A DNA stretch of 64,000 bases from Amycolatopsis sp. (lineage in GTDB: Bacteria; Actinomycetota; Actinomycetes; Mycobacteriales; Pseudonocardiaceae), in NCBI RefSeq assembly GCF_025464955.1, contig NZ_JAODNM010000167.1:66947-130946 (forward strand), written 5' to 3'. The notes below the pieces were generated by a model. That model was given only the letters and a program-made list of their open reading frames with translations, ran no database searches and was not told the DNA's origin. Below, piece after piece: positions 49,416-57,762 of this stretch. A program made the translations under genes and the position numbers. Within the stretch, counting starts at the first letter, position 1; every line of letters begins with the position of its first letter.

Positions 49416-50483
49416 GTGTCCTCGGGGGAGAAGCCGCCGGACTCAGGGGGCTCGGCGGGCTCAGGGGACGAGCCGGAGAACCCGGCGGGCCAGGCTTACG
49501 AGCCGTCGGCCTACCGGGCTCCGGCATACCAGCCGCCGTCGTACGGATCGCCGAAGTACCAGGCGCCGTCGTACACCGAGGCTGCGTACGCCGAGTCTGA
49601 GCCAGCGGTGGAGGCGGTCTACCGGTCGGCTCCACCGCCCGACGCCGTACAGCGGGTGCAGCCGCACGCCAAGCCCTGGAACCCCCAGGTCAGGCGGCGT
49701 CTGCCGCGGCGGATCGGCTGCGTGCTCGTCGGGGTTCTGGTGCTGCTCGGCGGCGCGTCAGGCTTCATCTACCGGATGCTGAACCGCCCGGCGCCGGTCG
49801 CGAGTTCGAGCCGTACGTCGAGCCCGCCGACGCCGTCCACCCCGCCGCCCGCGGTCGTGGTGTCCCCGGTCGTGCGGGGTTGGCAGTCCGTCGCCGGCGG
49901 GCAGGGGGCCTATGCCTACGACGTCCCGCCGAACTGGAAACCCGAGCCGCGCACGGTCCACGGCTGGGAAGCCGACTCGACCGGCCCGGCAACCGTGCTC
50001 TCGGCCAGCGCCTTCTACCTCGACGGGTACTGCCCCGGCCAGCCGACCAGCAAGCGCGGCGGCAGCGGCGTCATGACCGCGAAGGTCGGCGACTCCGCGA
50101 TGGCGGCGACGCAGGTCGCGACCGAGGTCGCGCTGCACAGGTACACCGATGGAAACGGGCCCCGGCCGACGTTGGCCGTCGGCAAGCCGCAGCCCGCCGA
50201 AATGTCGTTCGATGACGGCAAGGAAGGCCCGGCGACCATCACGATGATCGATGTCACCAGCGCGTCGACGGGGGCTTGCTCGTCCCAGCGTGCGCTGGTC
50301 GGCGCGATCGCGCCGACCTCGGCGAAGGACAAGCAGTGCGTGGTGTTGGTCGCCTACGCCGACCAGTCGTTCGACCGGCCGACGACCTCGGACCAGCTGC
50401 TCCAGATCCTGCGCAGCTACCGGTCCGTCCCGGCCGCCGACCGCACCACCGTCCCCGCGACCCCCGTCCCCTCCCACCGCTGA
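49416..50483 (+). CDS. Hypothetical single-TM protein with Tyr/Pro repeats and extracellular domain
   Basis: GC3-biased ORF; TM segment IGCVLVGVLVLLGGASGFIY; GWQSV...YAYDVPPNW...YCP; start uncertain. Confidence 0.7.
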   Translation: MSSGEKPPDSGGSAGSGDEPENPAGQAYEPSAYRAPAYQPPSYGSPKYQAPSYTEAAYAESEPAVEAVYRSAPPPDAVQRVQPHAKPWNPQVRRRLPRRIGCVLVGVLVLLGGASGFIYRMLNRPAPVASSSRTSSPPTPSTPPPAVVVSPVVRGWQSVAGGQGAYAYDVPPNWKPEPRTVHGWEADSTGPATVLSASAFYLDGYCPGQPTSKRGGSGVMTAKVGDSAMAATQVATEVALHRYTDGNGPRPTLAVGKPQPAEMSFDDGKEGPATITMIDVTSASTGACSSQRALVGAIAPTSAKDKQCVVLVAYADQSFDRPTTSDQLLQILRSYRSVPAADRTTVPATPVPSHR

Positions 50484-50491
50484 CGTTGTCC

Positions 50492-50779
50492 ACCGCAACT
50501 CGCCGTCGAGTTGCGGTACTTAGCGTCCGCAACGATCGCAACTCGCCGTCGAGTTGCTGGTGGTGAACGTGGGACTCGCCGGGCCTGAGTGTGGGACTCG
50601 CCGACGCGCTGTGCGAGTCCCACGTTCAGCGAGGGCGAGTCCCACACTCAGACCGACGAGTCCCACACCCAGCTCCGGACACCGGCATTCGCCGTACACC
50701 GACACGACCCGGCCCTTGGTGCGGTAAAACGCAGCTAGTCCACAGCAACCAGCACCCACACCGACGACCGAAGAGCCAC
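50492..50779. repeat. Intergenic mosaic 5: A-linker-A, C repeats, D module
   Basis: A at 50492-50517 and 50535-50557; GTGGGACTCG x2 then CGAGTCCCAC x3 at 21-22-nt period; D 50660-50779. Confidence 0.9.
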
Positions 50780-50788
50780 AAAATGCCG

Positions 50789-51691
50789 CTACGGGGTGTG
50801 TCGGATGCTGGCGACGATCTGGGCGGACACCGACGGCTCGATGGCGTCGGGCACCTGCTGATCGGCCAGGATCAGGTGTACGTGGAACGCGGTCACGGTC
50901 GGATCGGCACTGATCGGCAGTGCGGTGGCGATGATCGACACCGACGGCGGGCTGCACCCGTTGCGCCCGGCGGGCCGGATGGTCGCGATGACCTGCTCGG
51001 CCTCGACCGTCCCGGCCAGCACTCGGACCGGTGCCACCGCGGAGAGGCTGATCGACGGCCGGGTGGTCCCGTCCGGCGAGCTGTAGGCGGCTTCGGCCCA
51101 TTGGATGGCGGTCCGCCGCGCGGCTTCGGCATCGCCGGTGACCTCGTCGGTGTCGATCGTGGTGAACCCTGCCTGCGCCCGCGCGGAGACGTCGAGGGTG
51201 GGGCAGAAGTTGGTCTCGAACCGGCTGACCCCGTGCATGGCCAGTAGCTGCCCGTCGGGCGTTTCGAAGCCGATCATCGAACCCGGTTCCTCGACCGTCC
51301 AGTCCGGGGGCACGTCGAAGCTGAAACGATCCTCTGCCGAGGACACGGGCAGCCAGCCGGGCACCGAAGGCACCATCGGCGCACTCGGCTGCGGGCTCAC
51401 CGTCGGCGGGGGCAGGTCCGAGCCCGCCTGAGACACGGGGCCGAGCCGGTCCGGGTAGCTGTTTGGAGTCGTCACGAAGGCGAAGAACGCGAGCAGCAGT
51501 ACGGCCGTCCCCGCCAGGACCGCGAGCAGCGCGGGATGACGGCGCAGGCCGCCGGGTGTCGAGGGGTCGTCAACGGCCGGCGTGGGGTCTGGCTCCACCC
51601 TCGCCTGCGGTTCCGGGGCCGGAAGCGGCCGCCCGGTGAGTGGATCGACGAACTGCTGGAACTCCGGTTCCCCGTCCTCGGGACAGGTCAC
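50789..51691 (-). CDS. Hypothetical single-TM protein, apparent paralog of 49416-50483
   Basis: TM LLAVLAGTAVLLLAFFAFV; GWLPV...FSFDVPPDW...FCP...ADQ. Confidence 0.7.
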   Translation of the reverse strand: MTCPEDGEPEFQQFVDPLTGRPLPAPEPQARVEPDPTPAVDDPSTPGGLRRHPALLAVLAGTAVLLLAFFAFVTTPNSYPDRLGPVSQAGSDLPPPTVSPQPSAPMVPSVPGWLPVSSAEDRFSFDVPPDWTVEEPGSMIGFETPDGQLLAMHGVSRFETNFCPTLDVSARAQAGFTTIDTDEVTGDAEAARRTAIQWAEAAYSSPDGTTRPSISLSAVAPVRVLAGTVEAEQVIATIRPAGRNGCSPPSVSIIATALPISADPTVTAFHVHLILADQQVPDAIEPSVSAQIVASIRHTP

Positions 51692-51702
51692 GAAGAGTCA
51701 GT

Positions 51703-52416
51703 TTAGGCGTGAGTCCGGAGAATCGCGGTGCGAACGGCGTCGAGATCCGAGAGATCGGCGAGTACGGTCCGCGCGCCCGCGTCGCGCAGCTCGTCGGCGC
51801 TGAACTGCCCGGTCGCCACGGCCACGGCGACGGCGTCGTGCTGCAACGCCGCTTCGACGTCGTGCGGGGTATCGCCGATGACCACCACGGACTCCGGCGG
51901 GAACTCCCGGCTGTGCTTGGCCGTCGCGAGCTCGACCGCGCGAGGCACCAACTCCGGCCGGTACGCCGACAGCGACCCGTAGCCGCCGATCTCGAAGTCG
52001 ATGTGCGTGTGCAGGTCGAACGGAGTCAGCTTGTGCCTCGAGACCTCCGGCAGGTTGCCGGTTACCAGCGACTGGACGACTCCGGACTCGCCGGCCAGCG
52101 AAGACAGCGCGGCCGCCGCACCGGGAAGCGCACGACCACGTTCGAGGATGGTCGCACCGGCCTGTTCGGCCGCGAGGACGAGCTCGGCCCACACCCGTCG
52201 GATGGTCTCCTCGGTCGGTTCGACGTCGTGGGTGATCAGCAGCTCGATGGTGATGGCGCGTTCGGTCCGGCCGCCGAACACCGGCATCGGGCCCATCGTG
52301 ACCCCGGTCGCCGCCAGCATCGCCGTCGCGTACCAGGCGGCACCGAGCCCGCTCATCTCGACGAGGGTCTGGTCGATGTCCCACAGCACCAGCCGGTGCT
52401 CGCTTGTCGTCGTCAC
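51703..52416 (-). CDS. HAD superfamily hydrolase
   Basis: LVLWDIDQTL, LVTGN, VIGDTPHDV, AVATG. Confidence 0.9.
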   Translation of the reverse strand: MTTTSEHRLVLWDIDQTLVEMSGLGAAWYATAMLAATGVTMGPMPVFGGRTERAITIELLITHDVEPTEETIRRVWAELVLAAEQAGATILERGRALPGAAAALSSLAGESGVVQSLVTGNLPEVSRHKLTPFDLHTHIDFEIGGYGSLSAYRPELVPRAVELATAKHSREFPPESVVVIGDTPHDVEAALQHDAVAVAVATGQFSADELRDAGARTVLADLSDLDAVRTAILRTHA

Positions 52417-52435
52417 GGCACCGACGGTACCGGCG

Positions 52436-52846
52436 TCAGCCGGGCAGCAGACTGAACCGGACCCGCCGAACCGGGTTGTCGACGTTGGTATCGACCAGGC
52501 ACACCGACTGCCAGGTGCCCAGCACCATCACTCCGCCGAGCACCGGGACAGTGGCATACGGCGGCAGCAGCGCGGGCAGGACGTGGTCGCGGCCGTGGCC
52601 CGGGCTGCCGTGCCGGTGCCGCCACCGGTCGTCGCGGGGGAGCAGGTTCTCGAGCGCGGCGAGCAGATCGGTGTCACTGCCGGCGCCGGTCTCCAGGATC
52701 GCGAGTCCCGCCGTCGCGTGGGGGACCCAGACGTGCAGGAGGCCGTCCTCGGCGTCGGCCTCGGCGAGGAAGCGCTCGGCGTCCTTCGTCAGATCGTGGA
52801 CGACGGCCTCGCGCCCGGTGGACACCTCGATCTCAACGGAATACAT
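52436..52846 (-). CDS. yjbQ: YjbQ/UPF0047 family protein
   Basis: VPHATAG, HRHGS.GHG.DH, LGTWQS. Confidence 0.9.
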   Translation of the reverse strand: MYSVEIEVSTGREAVVHDLTKDAERFLAEADAEDGLLHVWVPHATAGLAILETGAGSDTDLLAALENLLPRDDRWRHRHGSPGHGRDHVLPALLPPYATVPVLGGVMVLGTWQSVCLVDTNVDNPVRRVRFSLLPG

Positions 52847-52953
52847 GTGCCCCACCGTAACCGTGCCGTCAGCCGTGGCCTCGTGAGTGTTCCGGCCGGT
52901 TGCTGTGTCCTGCGGGACACCCGCACCCGGGCGTGCCGGAACACTCACGAGGC

Positions 52954-53175
52954 CTACTCCGAGACCTCTTCCGCATCGACCACGGCGGGGTGGTCGGCTT
53001 GGGCCTTCTGCGAGGCTTCGCGCATCTCGATGACGTCGGTGAGCCAATCGCCGGTCTCCCGGGCGATGTCGCGGACGGCACCGGTGATGATGGTCGCGAT
53101 GTTGCCGATATGCGTGGCGGCCGACTCCGTGATCACCTGAACGGTGTCCTTGCCGCTCTCGAACTGACCGACCAT
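52954..53175 (-). CDS. Small hypothetical protein (73 aa), helical/amphipathic
   Basis: ATG 11 nt after the desaturase stop with GGGA RBS; MVGQFESGKDTVQVITESAATHIGNIATIITGAVRDIARE... Confidence 0.7.
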   Translation of the reverse strand: MVGQFESGKDTVQVITESAATHIGNIATIITGAVRDIARETGDWLTDVIEMREASQKAQADHPAVVDAEEVSE

Positions 53176-53186
53176 GGTGAGAGTCC

Positions 53187-54302
53187 CTACGCTGCTTGGA
53201 GGATCCTGTCCCGCTCCACGGTACTGGGCGTGCGCGGCGTACCGACCCACGGCAACGCGAGCTTCACAATCTTTTTCGCCACCGAGCCGAGCTGCTTGGA
53301 CAGGCCGCCGGTGTTGTACGGCAGGCCGTACTTCTCGCAGATCGCCCGCACCTCGCCCGCGATCTGCGGGTACCGGCGCGCCGGGATGTCCGGGAACAGG
53401 TGGTGCTCGATCTGGTGCGAGAGGTTCCCGCTCATGATGTGGAACAGCTTCCCGCCGGAGATGTTCGCCGAGCCGAGGATCTGTCGCAGGTACCACTGCC
53501 CGCGAGACTCGTTCTCGGTCTCTTCCTGGGTGAAGCTTTCGACGTCGGCGGGGAAGTGGCCGCAGAAGATGATCGAGAACGACCACAGGTTGCGGACCAG
53601 GTTCGCGGTCGCGTTGCCGACGAAGGTCAGCGGCGCGGACGGCCCGGTCAGCAGCGGGAACAGCACGTAGTCCTTGCCGACTTGCCGGGACGCCTTCTTG
53701 AGCATCTTCAGCGACACTTCCTTGGTGTCGGCGAAGGTGCGCTCGCCCTTGACGATCCGGTCGAACTCGAGGTCGTGCAGCATCACGCCCCACTGGAAGA
53801 AGATCGCGAGCAGCGTCGCGTACACCGGGTTGCCCAGGTAGTACGGGTGCCACCGCTGCGACTGGTCCATCCGCAGGACGCCGTAACCGATGTCGCGGTC
53901 CTTGTCGAGGATGTTGGTGTAGGTGTGGTGCAGGTAGTTGTGCGAGTGCCGCCAGTTCTCGGCGGGCGCGACGTTGTCCCATTCGAACTTCTGCGAACTC
54001 AGCGCCGGGTCACGCGTCCAGTCGTACTGGCCGTGCATGACGTTGTGCCCGATCTCCATATTGTCGAGGATCTTCGACACCGAAAGCGCGGCGACGCCGG
54101 CGATCCACGCGGGCGGGAAGAAGCCCGCGAACAGCAGCCCGCGGCCGGTGATCTCCAGCGCGCGCTGGGTCTTGATGACGTTGTGGATGTAGTCGACGTC
54201 TTCCTTGCCGAGGTCGGCCACGATCCGTTGGCGTAGCTCGTCGAGCTCGCGACCGAATTCGTCGATCTGGGCGGGGGTGAGGCGGTCCTGTAAACCGGTC
54301 AT
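53187..54302 (-). CDS. Membrane acyl-CoA desaturase, DesA3-type
   Basis: His boxes HNVMH, HSHNYLHH, QIEHH; KILDNMEIG. Confidence 0.93.
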   Translation of the reverse strand: MTGLQDRLTPAQIDEFGRELDELRQRIVADLGKEDVDYIHNVIKTQRALEITGRGLLFAGFFPPAWIAGVAALSVSKILDNMEIGHNVMHGQYDWTRDPALSSQKFEWDNVAPAENWRHSHNYLHHTYTNILDKDRDIGYGVLRMDQSQRWHPYYLGNPVYATLLAIFFQWGVMLHDLEFDRIVKGERTFADTKEVSLKMLKKASRQVGKDYVLFPLLTGPSAPLTFVGNATANLVRNLWSFSIIFCGHFPADVESFTQEETENESRGQWYLRQILGSANISGGKLFHIMSGNLSHQIEHHLFPDIPARRYPQIAGEVRAICEKYGLPYNTGGLSKQLGSVAKKIVKLALPWVGTPRTPSTVERDRILQAA

Positions 54303-54328
54303 CTCGGGTCTCCTTCAGGCAGTAGTGG

Positions 54329-55426
54329 TCAGCCGGCGATCTCGACGTCCCCGACCGGGACGGAGATGCAGAGCTGGATTTCGACGTTCTCGTCGTCGGA
54401 GAGCTCGCCGGACTTGGCATTGCGCACACAGCCGGACGTCTTGACCTTCGTGCACGAGAAGCAGATGCCCATCCGGCAGCCGTGCTCCGGTGACAGGCCC
54501 GCGTCCTCGGCCTGTTCCAGCAGCGGCTTGCCGGAGTTCGCGAACTCCTTGCCGCTGTGCGCGAAGCGGATCTGACCCTTCGCGTCCTCGGCATTGAACC
54601 TCAGTGCGGGCGGGGTGAACTCTTCAGTGTGCAATTGTGCACTCAAGCCCTCGGCGCCGAGCACCTCGCGTACGGAGTCCATCAACGGCTTCGGTCCACA
54701 CAGGTACGTCTGCGCGTCGCGGTAGGCCGGCGCTGCCGACTTCAGGTGCTTCGCGGAGAAGAACCCGTGCAGGTCGGCGCCCTTTTTTGCCAGCGTGTAG
54801 GCGAGTACGACGCGGACGTTCGGGTGCTGCGCCGAAAGTTGCGCCATTTCCTCGCGGTAAAGGACGTCGTCGGCCGTGTTCGCGTAGTGCAGGAACACGA
54901 TTTCGCCGCGGTGTCCTTCGTCGGCCAGTGTGCGCAGCATCGAGAGCACGGGCGTGATCCCGCTGCCACCGCTGATCAGCAGTGTGCGCTCGGCGCGGTC
55001 GTCCGGCATCGTGAAGCCACCGTCCGGTTGGGACAGTCCCAGCACCATGCCAGGCTCGGCATTTTCGTGCAGGTACCGCGAAACCAGGCCTTGTGGGTCG
55101 GCCTTGACGGTGAGTTCGAGCCGGCCGTCGCGGGTGTGCTGCGAGCAGGACGGCGAGTAGCAGCGGGTGCGGCGAACCCCGTTGATGTCAACGGAAACAC
55201 GCACGTACTGGCCCGCGGTGAAACCCCGCCACGCGCGGCTGGGGCGGAGGGTCAGCGTCACCGTGTCCGCGGTCTGGTGGCGGACACCGGTCACCACACC
55301 GCGGATCTCGCGGCGGACCAGCATCGGGTTGACGAGTTCCAGATAGCGGTCCATGCCGTGCGGGGTGAGCAGGGCTTCGGCCAGGGAGGCGAGCCTCCGG
55401 GTCCGGCCGGCTACGAGCGCTGTCAT
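54329..55426 (-). CDS. Ferredoxin reductase (FNR + 2Fe-2S), DesA3 partner (Rv3230c-like)
   Basis: AGQY, RCYS, GGSGITP, CGP, GCRMGICFSC...C. Confidence 0.93.
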   Translation of the reverse strand: MTALVAGRTRRLASLAEALLTPHGMDRYLELVNPMLVRREIRGVVTGVRHQTADTVTLTLRPSRAWRGFTAGQYVRVSVDINGVRRTRCYSPSCSQHTRDGRLELTVKADPQGLVSRYLHENAEPGMVLGLSQPDGGFTMPDDRAERTLLISGGSGITPVLSMLRTLADEGHRGEIVFLHYANTADDVLYREEMAQLSAQHPNVRVVLAYTLAKKGADLHGFFSAKHLKSAAPAYRDAQTYLCGPKPLMDSVREVLGAEGLSAQLHTEEFTPPALRFNAEDAKGQIRFAHSGKEFANSGKPLLEQAEDAGLSPEHGCRMGICFSCTKVKTSGCVRNAKSGELSDDENVEIQLCISVPVGDVEIAG

Positions 55427-55440
55427 CACACCTCCAGTTC

Positions 55441-55460
55441 CAGTGAACGGATGTACACTG
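55441..55460. promoter_or_regulatory. DesT/FabR-type operator
   Basis: CAGTGAAC-GGAT-GTACACTG near-palindrome just upstream of the reductase RBS. Confidence 0.75.
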
Positions 55461-55550
55461 AACAGTGGAATGCATCAGCCGGGAACTGTCAACCGGAAGG
55501 CGAGGTGATGTGACGTGGGTGATAGCGGCGGCACCCGTACGCTGTCCGAT

Positions 55551-56180
55551 GTGACCGTGGAGCCCGTGAGCCGCCAGGAGCGCAAGCAGCGCACGCGGCA
55601 GGCGTTGCTCGACGCCGCGTTGGAGCTGCTCGCCGACCGGGGTTTCGCGAACCTCAGCCTGCGCGAGGTGGCGAAGGGCGCCGGCATCGTCCCGACGGCG
55701 TTCTACCGGCACTTCGCCTCGATGGACGAACTGGGTGTCGCGCTGGTCGAGGAGTCCATGCGCACGCTGCGTGGCATGATCCGCGCCGCCCGGAGTGATT
55801 CGAAGGCCTACACGCACCTCATTCGCGCGTCGGTGCGGACGCTGCACGAGCACGTCCGCGCGCACGAGGACCACTTCCGGTTCCTGACCAGGGAACGCTA
55901 CAGCGGTACCGGCCCGGTCCAGCGGGCCATCGGCGCGGAACTCAAGCTGTTCTCCACTGACCTCGCGATCGACCTCGCGCGCTTCGAGCAACTGCGCGAG
56001 TGGAGTACCGAGGACCTGCGCATGATGGCGGACCTCATCGTGAACGCCATGCTCTCGACCGTCCTCGAGCTGCTGGACGCTCGTCCGCGCGACGCCGAGA
56101 CCGACGAAACCCTCATCCGTACCGCGGAAAAGCGCCTGCGGTTGATCTTTGTCGGCGTTCCGGCTTGGCGCAGTAAATAA
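55551..56180 (+). CDS. TetR family regulator, DesT/FabR-like
   Basis: RQERKQRTR..LL, SLREVAK.AGIVPTAFYRHF; divergent from desaturase operon; leaderless GTG after TACGCT. Confidence 0.9.
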   Translation: MTVEPVSRQERKQRTRQALLDAALELLADRGFANLSLREVAKGAGIVPTAFYRHFASMDELGVALVEESMRTLRGMIRAARSDSKAYTHLIRASVRTLHEHVRAHEDHFRFLTRERYSGTGPVQRAIGAELKLFSTDLAIDLARFEQLREWSTEDLRMMADLIVNAMLSTVLELLDARPRDAETDETLIRTAEKRLRLIFVGVPAWRSK

Positions 56181-56341
56181 GCGCCACTGAATCGATCCAC
56201 TGATCGTTTCCGTAAGACGAAACCGCAATATCGAAATGTGGAACCTGCGCCACTTTTGTCTGGGGTTCTCAGACTGGCGCGTGGTACAACCTTCGGTGAT
56301 CGAGAGAGCACGCTTTCCCTCTTTACCGAGGAGGTTGCGCA

Positions 56342-57445
56342 GTGGCCGATACCGACCCGTTGACGGTGGGCGTCGTTCGAGAATCCAGGCCAGGCGAACG
56401 CCGGGTTGCGTTGGTACCGAAGCTCATCGAGCGGCTGGTGAAACGCGGCCTGCGGGTTATTGTCGAGCCGGGCGCGGGCGCTCAGGCCCATCTGTCGGAC
56501 GACGTGTTCGAGGCGGCCGGCGCGAAGCTCGGTGAAGCGTGGGACGCCGACGCCGTGCTCAAGGTCGCGCCGCCGACACCCGACGAAGTCGCGAGACTCA
56601 AACCGGGCACGTTGCTCATCGGTTTCCTCAACCCTCGTTCCGATCCGGACGGCCTCGCCGCGCTGGAAAAGGCCGGGCTGATCGCGTTCGCCGTCGAATC
56701 CATTCCGCGGATCTCTCGCGCTCAAGCGATGGACGCGTTGTCCTCGCAGAGCAGCGTCGCGGGATATAAGGCAGTGTTGCTCGCGGCCGAGCGGCTCACC
56801 CGGTTCTTCCCCATGCTCACCACCGCTGCCGGCACCGTTCCCCCGGCGAAGGTGCTGGTGCTCGGAGCCGGGGTCGCCGGCCTGCAGGCGCTGGCGACCG
56901 CGAAGCGGCTCGGCGCGCAGACCACCGGTTACGACGTCCGCCCCGAGGTCGGGGAGCAGGTGCGCTCGATCGGCGCGAAGTTCCTGGACCTCGGCATCGA
57001 GGCGTCCGGTGAAGGCGGGTACGCCCGAGAGCTCACCGATGACGAACGCGCCGAGCAGCAACGGCGGCTGACCGAGGCGATCACGCGGTTCGACGTCGTG
57101 ATTACCACCGCGCTGGTCCCCGGCCGCAAGGCGCCGACGCTGGTCACGGCCGACGCCGTTCGCGGGATGCCCGCGGGCAGTGTCGTGGTCGACCTCGCCG
57201 GCGAGTCCGGCGGCAACTGCGAGCTGACCAAACCGGGCGAGGAGGTCGTCGAATACGACGTCACCATCTGCTCCCCGCTCAACCTGGCCGCCGAAATGCC
57301 CGCACACGCCAGCGAGCTCTACGCCCGCAACATCACCGAATTACTGGAGCTGCTGGTGGACGGCGAAGGAAAGCTGGCACTGGACTTCTCCGACGAGATC
57401 GTCGCCGGGGCGTGTGTGGCCGGCCGCGAGAGGAGCGCCGAGTAA
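56342..57445 (+). CDS. pntA: NAD(P) transhydrogenase alpha subunit part 1 (dI)
   Basis: ERRVAL, RISRAQAMDALSSQ, GAGVAGL, GGYA, TALVPG, GGNCE. Confidence 0.95.
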   Translation: MADTDPLTVGVVRESRPGERRVALVPKLIERLVKRGLRVIVEPGAGAQAHLSDDVFEAAGAKLGEAWDADAVLKVAPPTPDEVARLKPGTLLIGFLNPRSDPDGLAALEKAGLIAFAVESIPRISRAQAMDALSSQSSVAGYKAVLLAAERLTRFFPMLTTAAGTVPPAKVLVLGAGVAGLQALATAKRLGAQTTGYDVRPEVGEQVRSIGAKFLDLGIEASGEGGYARELTDDERAEQQRRLTEAITRFDVVITTALVPGRKAPTLVTADAVRGMPAGSVVVDLAGESGGNCELTKPGEEVVEYDVTICSPLNLAAEMPAHASELYARNITELLELLVDGEGKLALDFSDEIVAGACVAGRERSAE

Positions 57446-57762
57446 TGCTGGTGCAGAGCTTGGCGATCCTCGTGCTCGCCGGATTCGTCGGATTCACCGT
57501 CATTTCGAAGGTCCCCAACACCCTGCACACCCCGCTGATGTCCGGAACGAACGCCATCCACGGCATCGTGCTGCTCGGCGGGCTGATCGTGCTCGGCCTG
57601 GGCGCGGACGGGGTGCTGAACAAGATCCTGCTGGTGATCGCGATCGCTTTCGGCACGATCAACGTCGTCGGCGGGTTCCTGGTCACCGACCGGATGCTGG
57701 CCATGTTCAAGCAGCGCAAGCCGGAAGTCACGCCGGTCGACAAGGACGGTGCCGACTCATGA
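57445..57762 (+). CDS. pntA: NAD(P) transhydrogenase alpha subunit part 2
   Basis: LHTPLMSGTNAIHG, INVVGGF.VTDRML.MF; TAATG overlap with part 1. Confidence 0.93.
   Translation: MLVQSLAILVLAGFVGFTVISKVPNTLHTPLMSGTNAIHGIVLLGGLIVLGLGADGVLNKILLVIAIAFGTINVVGGFLVTDRMLAMFKQRKPEVTPVDKDGADS

Noticed and set aside
56234-56258. Rex operator upstream of pntA
   Set aside because: TGTG...CAC spacing is 10 nt rather than 8, with poor consensus match
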